DNA of 64,000 nt from positions 682,001-746,000 of the forward strand of contig CBFDEM010000013.1 of the NCBI GenBank assembly GCA_965603825.1. The letters run 5' to 3'. The stretch's first letter is position 1. The number at the start of each line of letters is the position of its first letter. The notes beneath the pieces were generated by a model. It was not told where the DNA came from, did not search any database, and saw only the letters and a program-made list of their open reading frames with translations. The position numbers were made by a program, and so were the translations under genes. Positions 23,510 to 34,400 of this stretch are shown here, one piece after another. This DNA is from Blepharisma stoltei ATCC 30299 (lineage: Eukaryota > Protista > Ciliophora).

Positions 23510-24244
23510 TTAAAAAGGATTTTTAGAAAATGCCAGATCAACTTTGAGCTTTTGGCCATTGAGTTTAAAATCATTATAAGCAAGGGCTTTTTCTGCATCT
23601 TCGTTGTTTAAAAATTCGACAAATGCAAAGCGCTTATCTTGCTTTCCTGGACTCCCTTGTATCTTTACTTGATCAACAGCACCTACAGCTGTAAAAACAT
23701 CCATAATATCATCTTCATTAGCTTTCTCAGGCAAATTCCAAACAAAAATTACATTTGTTTGCTTTTGTTTGTTTTTATTAATAATTTCTTCTCTTTTTTC
23801 TTCTATCTTTGCTGCATCATCAGCTCTGTTGATTCTCAGCTTTCTTCCCATAAATATAGTCCCATGAAGAGCGAGAGCTTCATTAACTTCTTTTTCATTA
23901 TCAAATTTTATGAAAACAAAAGATTTCTTTTTGCCAAGCTTATTAAGTAGTGTTTCCTTTATCTGTGGATTTCCGCATTTGCTGAAAAAATCAATGATAT
24001 CTTGGTCTTTGGCATCAAATGATAAATTTCCTACATAAATTTCTAAAGGATGCGATTGTAGTGCAAGATTTTTTTGGTTTTTCTTATTGATTCATTTCAT
24101 ATTAAGTTGATCTTTGCTGCTTTGAGTTGGTGGAGGATTTGTTGTAGAGAATCTCATTACACTAGAAGACCATAATGAGACTTTTAGAATATGCCCGAGA
24201 AGGATTCTTTTTTCTAGTAAAGACATAAATCTAGTAGTCAGCAT
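23510..24244 (-). CDS. Dual-RRM protein with presequence-like N-terminus, paralog B (244 aa)
   Basis: MLTTRFMSLL..MRFSTT; one TGA=Trp; EIYVGNLSF, FVFIKF, IFVWNLP, FAFVEF. Confidence 0.85.
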
Positions 24245-24707
24245 TTATTATTTTTTTAAATATGATAAAAAATAATATTAAAAGCCTTCAGAATTCCAAG
24301 AATATTCAATAATAATTTACTAATTTCAGATTTTTATATTGTTTTTCCAGTATACAATTTTCTCTTTAGTTTGTATAAAAGCATATGGCTTATTTTTTAA
24401 ATATAATTAAATTTCGGAGAGACTAACAAAAGGATCAATAAGATAATTGGCGCAAATAACAAAGCGAATTTATGCTTTTAAATGAGAAATATTTAGAATG
24501 TGAATGCTTTTCTCAATAAAATCTAATAAAAATAAGCAAATTTTAAGAAAATATCTTTATAACGAAAGATTGAATGCCTGGTAGACTCCTAGAACAAATT
24601 AGAATGAGCAGTGAAAGACAATAATTAATTCAGGAGGATCGATTAATTATTAAAATTATTCTAAGCTACCTGTTAATCAAGCGTCACCAATTGATGAAAA
24701 ACATTAG

Positions 24708-25781
24708 TTAGCTTGGTTGACTAGAAGTGACAGAACTAAATACATTGCAAACTTTAAGAAAAGCTTCTCCTGCTAGTGGATGCTTATTCTTGTCAGGATG
24801 TAACAACTTAGCCAGCTGCCTGTATGCTGAACTTGCGTTTTCTTTACCCAAAGACTTTGAAAAGTACTTAGCGTATACATAATCTTCAGGAGCACATAAT
24901 ATTTTGTATACAGTAAGAACCTGCTCATAGCTACAGTCTCCAGAGAAGCGGGAACTTGCAATAAACATATCAGCCATTGTTTTTGCGTCACTTTCTATCT
25001 GATCTTCATTTTTGAATGCTTTTGCGTTTTCTATATTCATATTTCTCTCCAGCTGCTTTCTTGCTTCTTTGAATAGCTCTTCTTGCAGTCTGGCTTGCTC
25101 TTCTTCGATTTTTTGCTGCTCTAACAGCCTTTGCTGTTTTTTATTAATTCTGGTAGCACAGCTGCATTGCTGGCACCATTTTTGAGTATAATATTTTGAG
25201 TAATCTGATCTCCATTCATGACCTTGTGAGCATATAAACTCCAACATTAAATCCATTTCTTCATTAATACATTCGCCTCGATTAGACTTGGCTCATTCTT
25301 TGGCTTTTTCTAAGTTTCTGGAACATTCTCAGCATCATTGCCCACTCAATAAAACCTCAGCAGATTCTCACACGTGTCCCATTCTACATCGATACATAAG
25401 ACTAAAGTGAGGATTCTCACAGGTGGAGGACAAGCAAAGACCTCCATGTTGCCGCGCTATTTCTTTTGCCTGCTCTCAGTAGTCGTCTTCTTCCATAGCC
25501 ATCTCTTCACAAACAGTCCCCGGCCGAAAGTAATATTCAGAATTTTTTGAAAGGACACAGGGAGTAGATGGCTGATCTTGGCTGCGGCTGTTCTTGCGGA
25601 GCTCAGGAGGTCATGCGAAATAGTAGTCTTGGTTTTTTAAGCAAAAGTTTGATAACTCTTCATTTGAAGAATTCGAATCTGCCCGAGGTCTAAGGTCTAG
25701 ACTGTTTTTCCTTGACCTGCAGTTTGAAAGGTTTGGTGTAAAACGCCTGATTGAGGCGGCCTCTGAAGGCTGAGATGTCAT
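24708..25781 (-). CDS. Tandem zinc-ribbon (CxxGHxW..WCxxC) plus coiled coil plus C-terminal J-domain protein (about 357 aa; start uncertain)
   Basis: Six in-frame TGA (25611, 25476, 25368, 25335, 25329, 25293); YRCRMGHV[W]..Q[W]C[W]EC and FICSQGHEW..KWCQQC; AYRQLAKLLHPDKN. Confidence 0.82.
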
Positions 25782-26597
25782 TTCTGACTTTAAAGACAAC
25801 GGGCCGGGAGAAGCCGGCGGAACAAAAAAGAATACATATTCATTATAATTCAACCATTTTCTAAGAACTTCTTTCAGAAAATTAAGTCAACTTTGAGTAG
25901 TAATTAGAAATTTTTTGAATTTGAATTGCAATTGATTAATAAGGCTTTATGATTACTTTTGCCTGTTTAATTCGATTCTTTTCATTTATTTGTTGTTAGA
26001 TATCAGAACCACATAAATTTGTGTTCTTATTTGTATGAAATTTAGTCAGAATGGTCGAGAATTTTTATTGTTAAACAAGGAAAGCTATAGTTTAGTTTTG
26101 CTTTCGATTAAAATTTAAAATTTTCCTTCAAAATTTTATTTTTATAAATGATTGCCTTTAAATTGTTTGCTTCTGATAAAAGCCTCAAAAGTGATGTCTG
26201 AAGATAATTTAAACATTTTGATTATAACGAATTGAAGATAAGTATGGTTAAATATAAAATAAATTATAGCATTATTTTAATAGAATTGAAACCGAATCAA
26301 AGAAAAATGAAGCAAAATATTGCTAAAATTAGCCAAGTATCGTCATAAAATAAATTACCGCTTAGACAAGTTATATTTAAGAATATTACGTACTAATTAA
26401 CTATTTTCAACCCTAGTCTTCCAAATTAATATTTTTTACCAAAGCATTTTATAATCCAAATCAATTATATTTTGCACTCTCAAAATTACCCTATTAAGGA
26501 TTTTTATTTTCAAAACTATGATTAACTGTCTTAAATGCTTATTCCTTACCATTTCAATTAAATTTGTTTTATTTTGTCGATTTAACTTTATTTCTTT

Positions 26598-27095
26598 ATG
26601 GCACAAACAGGGATCAAACTCAGAGACTGCATTCGTTCTTGCGAAGAAACATGGGTAGAAGAAACAAAACAAGAAGCCTCTCGTGGGAACGTAGAGGCTC
26701 AAATAACTTATGCACAAGTATCATTCATGTAGATGCTCATCCGAGGAGTAGGAGGCATGCGTCAAAACATTAACTTGGGAATCCAATATTTGAGAACTGC
26801 TGCTAAAAAAAGTGCAGAAGCTTCAATTAAACTTGGAAAAATATATCTGAAAGGTAAAATTGTACGTCAAGATCTCAATGAAGCTTATTTTTACTTAAGA
26901 CTTGTGACACTTTATAAATGTAAATGTGGGAGGTTTGCAGAACAATATCATGCAAACCGAGTTAGTAACGTACATTTATGCTACCCTACAGAAGCTCTTG
27001 AATATTTGCGACAGCTTCCTAATGATCCTATGGCTGAACAACGATTTAGAGACCAATTCGCAGCATGGAGGGATAATAAATCAATCCATAGATAA
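26598..27095 (+). CDS. Sel1-like repeat protein (160 aa); intron 26718-26732
   Basis: ASRGNVEAQITYAQ|MLIRGVGGMRQNINLGIQYLRTAA..EASIKLGKIYLKGKIVRQDLNEAYFY. Confidence 0.82.
26718..26732 (+). other. 15-nt intron
   Basis: gtatcattcatgtag; phase 0. Confidence 0.88.
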
Positions 27096-27139
27096 ATTAA
27101 TATAAACATATAGATAGATTTTCAAGCTAAACTAGTTAT

Positions 27140-28010
27140 TTAGATGATGATGAAGTTCCCGTATCTTATATTGACAAACCCAGTTTTGAGGATTGAGGTC
27201 ATGAAATATGGCATGATAAACGAAAACATCATAATAAAAAGCACAAAAGCGGGTCTGTTTCTTTTAATTACCATTGTAATAGTACTCAAAATTTTGACGG
27301 CTAGGCCTTTGTTGTTTCTAAACTTTTTCGATATCATAGATAAAATCACATAGGACCAAAAAATTCCAACTCCATGGACTATTGACATAGTTGTTTTTAC
27401 AAGAAATCCTATATTTGATGCCCAAGCATTGTAAATAACTAAAGAACCAAACAAGCACCTATTAACCAAAAAGATTAAGGCGAAGGCCAGTTCAACTACT
27501 TTGTAAATCTTCGTCTCTTCCATGTGTCTAGCTTTGAGAATTGAACGAGATAGGTTAAATGGATTCGACATTTCTGTGATGATGATGCAAACTATATAAG
27601 CAGTTACTTAAAGATGGAGAGCCTCCGTAGGTGGCTGCCATAAGAATATTTCCGCCTATTAGAACAGCTAAATGGTGTATCCTCATCGGCCAATCAAAAA
27701 GGCTAAAAATTTCTGAGTATAACATATCATAGACCATATAGCCAACCGTATGCTAAGTAAAAAATACGCCTAATGCAATTGCTTGAGTAATTGTAGTGAC
27801 ATCATTATAGTGCAAGCCTCCATCATAAAAATAGATCGCAAAAGAAAAAAGTATCGCATTAAGAGAGTGGACAATCGAGACATGCTGCCCTATGAAGTCT
27901 CTTTTTTCTTTTTGAGGTAGATATTCAGGTGGTTTTATAAGAAACGACAATACAGCCGAAAGGCAAGAATAAAACACTGCACCTGCTGCGACTGGAATGT
28001 ACCTATCCAT
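27140..28010 (-). CDS. TLC (TRAM/LAG1/CLN8) domain membrane protein (279 aa); introns 27753-27767 and 27592-27607
   Basis: VSIVHS, GYMVYDM, IHHL, TEMSNPFN, FALIFLVNR. Confidence 0.88.
27592..27607 (-). other. 16-nt intron
   Basis: gtaactgcttatatag; corrects the frame to ICIIITEMSNPF. Confidence 0.9.
27753..27767 (-). other. 15-nt intron
   Basis: gtattttttacttag; ALG|HTVGYMVYD. Confidence 0.9.
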
Positions 28011-28049
28011 TTATATATTAGAATTTGTGACATACTTAAAAAATTAAAT

Positions 28050-29805
28050 TTAACAACTTTTTCTTAGAAAGTGATGCAGCTTTCCTCTTGAAAAATTCAT
28101 AGTTTTGAGTTTCTGAAGAAATTCACTATGTCTATCCCTTCGAGGTTTTGTCTTCATAAAATATTTTGCATCAGGAAAAAGCTGACTTGTTATGGCATCA
28201 TGATCCAATACTTCAGCTTTAACCGTTTCTAATGGAACTTTTCTCTTGCTTTCTTGGCTTTGACTCTGAGCTCTTTGTCTTGAAACCGTCCTTGATCATT
28301 CGTCAGCAATTTTCATTTTCGCAGTCTTTTCTCCATATTTAATTTCAAATAAAGCATTACTCATATCATTCAGCAACTCATTAATATTGTCTTTTTTGGA
28401 GCTTGACCGCAAAAGCGTGTTTTTGCGTGGAGAATTCATTCTGCTTGATAAAGCACTACTTTTTTGACTACTGCTGGGTAACCTTGTAGGAGAAGTGCTT
28501 GAAAAGTTTTTATTTGCATCAGGGGTTGCTGGTTTCTTTTTGTTACTTTCAAATAATGTGTAGATTTCATAGCATCTATCACATACCTTGACGTTATCAT
28601 AATAATGAAATGGAGCTCGCATAGCAGTCTCATGAAGATTTTCTTGCTCAATATCTAAGGAACTATTATAGCAGTTAATAAATTGCCCTATATCTACCTC
28701 AACAAGATCTTTTGTTTTATCAATGATAATTTTTTTACCAAGAAGAAGCAATCGATATGGTATTATTTTCCTTATGATCTTGTCTTTGTTTTTTGAGTTT
28801 TGTTCAATTAAATTGTTAATTCTTAATAAGTATTTAACTTTTTCAATGTCCTTTTCTTTGCCACTAAAGTAAGTAGCTCTTACTTTGTGTAACTAAATAG
28901 AAACATACCAAATCATCATAGTCAATTTCTTGTTTACTGGAAAGAGTTTCAGAAGTTACTATAAAATTGCAAAAATCTCCTGGGCATTTGGAGCTGATAT
29001 TTGGCTTTGGACCAATTGAAGCAGAGCTTATTCGTTTGGTCCATGATTTTGTTGTCATCATAAAAGAAGCTTTTGAGATTGAATTTTCTTGTAGGCGGCC
29101 TTGTGATTGAGTTCGCTTTAAAGAAGTGCTCGGCCTCGTTACAAGCAGATTTGCCACCTTGCAGAATCTGCTCCCCATAAGCCACAAGCTATCATTAGCA
29201 CCTTCAAAAAATATCAACTGCAGCTCTTCAATACATCTCCTGCTGTTTTTCTCGACAACTCTTAAAGCACTTTCAGTGATTTCAGCCAGCTTATCATTAT
29301 AATTTTGAGCAAAAACCTTAGTCACCTCTCAGGTTTCATTTTTTAGGCATTCTTTACTGCAGTTATACACTAATTTTCCTTCTTTCTTTTTGACAGTTAC
29401 AATATAGCGGGAATTTTGATGTTCAGCACTTACTGGAAATGCCTGGATTGCTTCGTTTTTTAAGATATTTAACGAAAATAATTTTGAGAGACTTGTTTTT
29501 CTGTTTACGAGTTTAAATGTATTGTCACGAATAAAGGTAATTCCTGGGTCTTCAGGGTTTGATATATCATTATCATAGTCTAGAAGACTTGTGGGGTGAT
29601 TAAGAAATGATAAAATAATTTTATCAACTTTGGTGTTTTCTGTATGCTTTTTCTTTATGAAGCCTTTACGGTCTGTAAAGAGTCATTTGCAATTGGTGGG
29701 AGATTCGGAATCGTATAGGAGGGTATCAATAAGCGGAACTCTGGCGCTGAATAGTGAATTCTCTTTCCAAAGCTGGCTAATAAATCAAGCACAGTTAAAT
29801 TCCAT
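28050..29805 (-). CDS. Uncharacterised protein (579 aa) with CPGDFC and VCDRCY motifs; intron 28893-28908
   Basis: Continuous frame from ATG 29805 with four TGA=Trp and one 16-nt intron, ending at TAA 28050. Confidence 0.78.
28893..28908 (-). other. 16-nt intron
   Basis: gtatgtttctatttag; joins YDDL|LHKVRATY in frame with the downstream ORF. Confidence 0.85.
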
Positions 29806-30577
29806 ATCTATTAATTCTCAATTTTTAATAATCGAATCATTTCTTTAAAGCAAGCTCATTAAATTTTATACTGAAATAATTAAAATAAATTAGAATATTT
29901 GTAAGAGATCCCCAACTAGATCTTCAATTAAATTTCAAGTCTGAAAGTGAATTGCCTGAATATTTAAAGATGACTAGAGATTTGCTGAAAATGAAGGGTT
30001 TCATTTTTACATTAAAATTTTATTTCCTCAAATATTGAGCTTGCTGAGCATGCAACAGATGAGTTAGATGCATTTTGGTCAACCGGCAGCAAATTTCAAA
30101 AGCTTAAAATTTATGCAGGTGGCCTTTTCTGTGCTCTTATACCTTATCAAGTATATTTTATGAAAATACCTAAAGGTAACTAGTTATGGATTAAAAAAGT
30201 CAAATAGCCTTAGTATAATGACTTTATTAAGCACAATAATTTATTGCCCTAAGTATTTTAATCTATAAATCTGTGATAAGGTTAAAAGATGGAAATGAAA
30301 AATTCACAAAATACACTGATTTTAATACATCAATTGCCGGCCAATTTTTAAATTGAGCAGAAATAATTTATTAATAGAGCTATTTAATGCTTCGATTTTT
30401 ATTGAAATAATAAAATTAGCTATTTCAATACAAATAAAAGAATTTTCGTTCTAAATTTATCTAAAAAATCCTTGCTCATGGCTCCATTCACAATATATTA
30501 AACAAATAAATATCCTCAAATCGCTTTTTATCTAAGATATTTTATTTTAAATAAAAATGATGATAATTTTCCCATAA

Positions 30578-31387
30578 ATGAACAGCGGAGTTCAAATTCC
30601 TGTGCAATTTCACGATTCTGACTTCCGAGAAGTGCAAATTCAAGACCAATCTGAAAATCCAAAGTCTCCTTTCATAATGATACCTGCAGGGTCAAGACCA
30701 GGAGGGTTTCAGCCGATCGCTCTTTCACAGCTCGATTCTGTTCCTCCAATTGTATCCCCACTAGATCCAAAAGATATAAAATATCGAACCGTTCTTAAGC
30801 ATTCTAAAAGAATGCGCCTACTCACAATACTTGATATGATTCTTTGTCTTCTTTACTTGCTGATTGGTCAATACATCCTTTTGTTTTTAGCTTTCTTTGC
30901 ACTTTTAGGCTTTTTTTCATCATTTAAGCTTAGCAGAGGTTTATTGATGTCATACATCATTACATTGATCTTTATCATGATTTTAAAAATTTTATTAGCT
31001 GCTGAAGGAGGTGCAGTTGCTGCTGTGCTGATGATACTTTATTTTGTAGTGGAAGCTATTATTTTATATTTTGCTATTAAATTTTTTAAGCTGCTAGGGA
31101 CATTAGAGCCTCAAGAAAGACTAGAGTTATTGATGCTACAAAACGGCCCAGTTAGCTCAAATCAAGGGATCACAAGAAGTGAAGCAGCACAACCTGTTCA
31201 GATCCCAATAGGAAGGCCATTAAATGAACAAGTTCCAGATAACAGCCCTCAGCTAACACCAGATTTTGCAGCACCAAAGTTCACCAACTTGCAGCCTGTT
31301 CAAGCAGAATTCCCAAGCTTGCCAAATTATTCTGAAGCTGAAGAGTTGCATGTGAAGCCACTGACCCCAAGTGACAGATTAGAATAA
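30578..31387 (+). CDS. Four-TM membrane protein with Pro/Gln-rich termini (269 aa)
   Basis: Four hydrophobic stretches in the middle of the ORF; TAAATG start context. Confidence 0.8.
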   Translation: MNSGVQIPVQFHDSDFREVQIQDQSENPKSPFIMIPAGSRPGGFQPIALSQLDSVPPIVSPLDPKDIKYRTVLKHSKRMRLLTILDMILCLLYLLIGQYILLFLAFFALLGFFSSFKLSRGLLMSYIITLIFIMILKILLAAEGGAVAAVLMILYFVVEAIILYFAIKFFKLLGTLEPQERLELLMLQNGPVSSNQGITRSEAAQPVQIPIGRPLNEQVPDNSPQLTPDFAAPKFTNLQPVQAEFPSLPNYSEAEELHVKPLTPSDRLE

Positions 31388-31429
31388 TTATACATTTGAA
31401 TTAATTTTATATTTCTTTAGCAATTTCAT

Positions 31430-34400
31430 TTAAGATGTTGGTTGCTCTGTATCAATTGTGAAAAAGCTCATATGACTTCTGCCAATAGACTTAGCAGAAA
31501 TTTCTTTATTGAAGTTAAATTCGTACCGCCCTGGCTCTTTTTCTTCAAGAATTGCTTTTGTAACGTCACTTACATTGATCATCCCTGGTTGTCCTCCACT
31601 TTCCATTTTATTCGCAATTAGGACATCTGGCCCATAGATATCATATCTTACAATATTTGTTCCTATAATGCCAGCAATGACTTCTCCTGTATGAAGACCA
31701 ATCCTCATATTCAAATTAGAGCTGTGGAGTCTGTTAATTTCATTGATAATTTTTATCATTTCTTGAGCCATCTTCAGCATATTTACACATTCCTCGCCTA
31801 TATTCCTGTTCTCATTTCCATTGTAGCCCATAACCACATAGCAGTCACCTATTGTATGGACTTTATATACATTAAGCTCCACACATTTTTTGTCAAATTG
31901 TGTAAACAGCTCAGATAACATTTTTACAACTTTTTTAGGAGTTTTGTTAGAACTTCATGCAGTAAAGCCAACAATATCAGCAAAAAGTAGCGTGACGTCA
32001 TTCAGCTTGTCAGTTATTGATTTATCCTGCTTCATATTTTCTAGAACATGAGGAGGCATCATTTGGACTAAAAGTTTATTTGTTTCATCAATTTCTTTCT
32101 GGGCAAGGTGCTGCAAATTGAAATTTATTCTGAGTCTTAGCTCTCTTGAGTAAGCTGCATATAAATTTATTATGATAAAACCGATAATAATGACTGAGTT
32201 AGCAGCAATTAAAGTAGTGCCACTATCAAGAAAAGCAAAAATCAGCCAGGGAATGAATATCATAATATCTGCTCATATTATGATAGAAACTGGCATGTTG
32301 CTAGCATGATTAAGTATGAGAATTATATAAAGAAGCTCAAGTGCTACATAATCATTTGGCACATCATTGGAATAAATCAAATAAAACAGATCAATTATAA
32401 GCATCAAAGCTAATACAGATAAAGTAAAAAGTGGGTATATTCTAAGTCAATGAATAAACTTATGAAATACAAGTAAAATAGCTAAACAGCCTACTTCTGC
32501 GATCCTAAAAATTACTATCAATCCATCCGTTAAGTTTGATACATAATAATATTCAATAACAGATATCAGTAATAACAATCCAAAGTTAAAAAACGCAATT
32601 ATATGTCCAATTAGCACCAGTCAATAATTAGCTTTGGCTTTATTTTTTCTGAATTTTTTTTGGTTTCCTGTTTCTTTGCATTGTAAATTGAAAAGTTTGA
32701 TATTTTGTATCATTTCAGTTTCTTTTCGTTGAAAAACGTCCATTGCTTTTGTCATGTCAAAATGAGAAAAAATAGATTTGCTTGTTGAGGCTTTTGGATC
32801 TTCAGACTGAGTTGTGTCTAAATACCCGTTTATAAGGGATTGTTTTCTTACAAAAATTGGAGACTCTTTCATATTGATTTCTTCTATATCTCTACTAGTT
32901 TTTGCTTCAGAGACAAAATAGGTGTCTAAAAGTCCTTTTCCTTTGGCTTCAACTTTATTGAAAATAAAATCCAAGCCTTTTCTGCTTTCTAGCATTTTAT
33001 ATGTGTCAGTTGAAATTTGAATGGTATTTGTTTTTTCCAATGTGGAACACATGCGGCTTGCTGTATTTACAGTATCTCCAACTAATGAAAATTGAGGCTT
33101 ATGGTATCCTACAACTCCTGCAGTGACTGGTCCAGTGTTTATTCCGATTTTCACTTCTAAATTCGGTCCATACTTAAGCTTAATTGAGCTGATATCTTTA
33201 ATGATTGATAATCCCATTTCTATGCATCTACGAGCGTGTGACACTTCTTTTAGCGACTCACTCATTTCTGCTTCACTATCTTTCAGCCCTGCACAAGCCA
33301 TATAAGTTTTATTTACTGTTTCTATTTTTGTGACACCTACCACATCGCATAGCTGGTCAAATCTTTGAAAAAGGGCATCTAAAAAGGTAGTCAACTCTAT
33401 TGGTGAATATTCTTTGCAAATCCTATCAAAATCATAAATATCGCAAAAAAGGACTGTGACTGTCCCTTGGTCTTCAGCTATATATCGTACTCCTTTTTTG
33501 ACACGGTTTCTTACAAATGCAGGGAGCAAATAGCTGAGGATTGTTTGGATTTTTTCGACACCGTTTTCTGCAATATTCATTAACTTGTGCTCATATCTTC
33601 TTGACCTTTCTAAGTTGTAGCCAATAAAGCTTGATGTTAAAGTAATTGAGACTACCAAAATAAATGGAATGAATGCAATAAAAATAGTCTCTAATGCTCC
33701 AGAATACTTCTGATGATTTCCATAACAATAGTAAATCAGACTTATAGCAAATAAAATGACGTTTATGATATTCAAATGTGTTATTTTTACCCAGTCTACA
33801 TTAAAAAGAATGTAAGTGATTGCTGGGACAATGGCAGCTGATAGAGGACCGATTTGTTGGTAGCCAATATTTGTGCAGTGCATTGCAAATAATCCAACAC
33901 AAATTATTGTGAGAGTATATTGAACATAATGCTTTTTAAAGTGTTCTAGTAAGATTATCAAGAGAACTATGGTGAATCCTAATGCTAAAGCTATCCTTAT
34001 AATTGTATAATCCATAGATACATTCAGAAAAATTGACTCAAATATAGTCCAAAGTATTAAAATAACCCAAATAAAAGTGCAAATTGTCCGATACATAGCT
34101 ATATTATCACTAATATAATGGTCTCTATATACTTTTTCAACATAAGGCGACTGGAATTTCAACAAATTGTTCATATCAAACCCATTTTTTTCGCCTTTCG
34201 ACTTCCAATGAGTTGAATTTCTATATACCGACAGCAAACAGTTACTAAACTGTTCCAAGCGCTCATATATGCACTTGCAGGTTGCATTTTTCGCCTCAAC
34301 CGCCCACACTTTTTCTCTGAATCCTGATCTAAATATAGAAAGATAGAGCCTTATAGCATAATGAGGGACAATAGATACCAGCGGAGTGACAAGGATTATC

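Noticed and set aside
24708-25781. TGA near Cys motifs as selenocysteine
   Set aside because: The TGAs align with TGG-encoded Trp in the second repeat of the same protein
29991-30003. 13-14-nt words shared between intergenic regions (atgaagggtttca at 29991 and near 42772; aatgagcagtgaaa at 558 and 24603)
   Set aside because: Matches of this length are expected in 64 kb of AT-rich DNA and the flanks do not align
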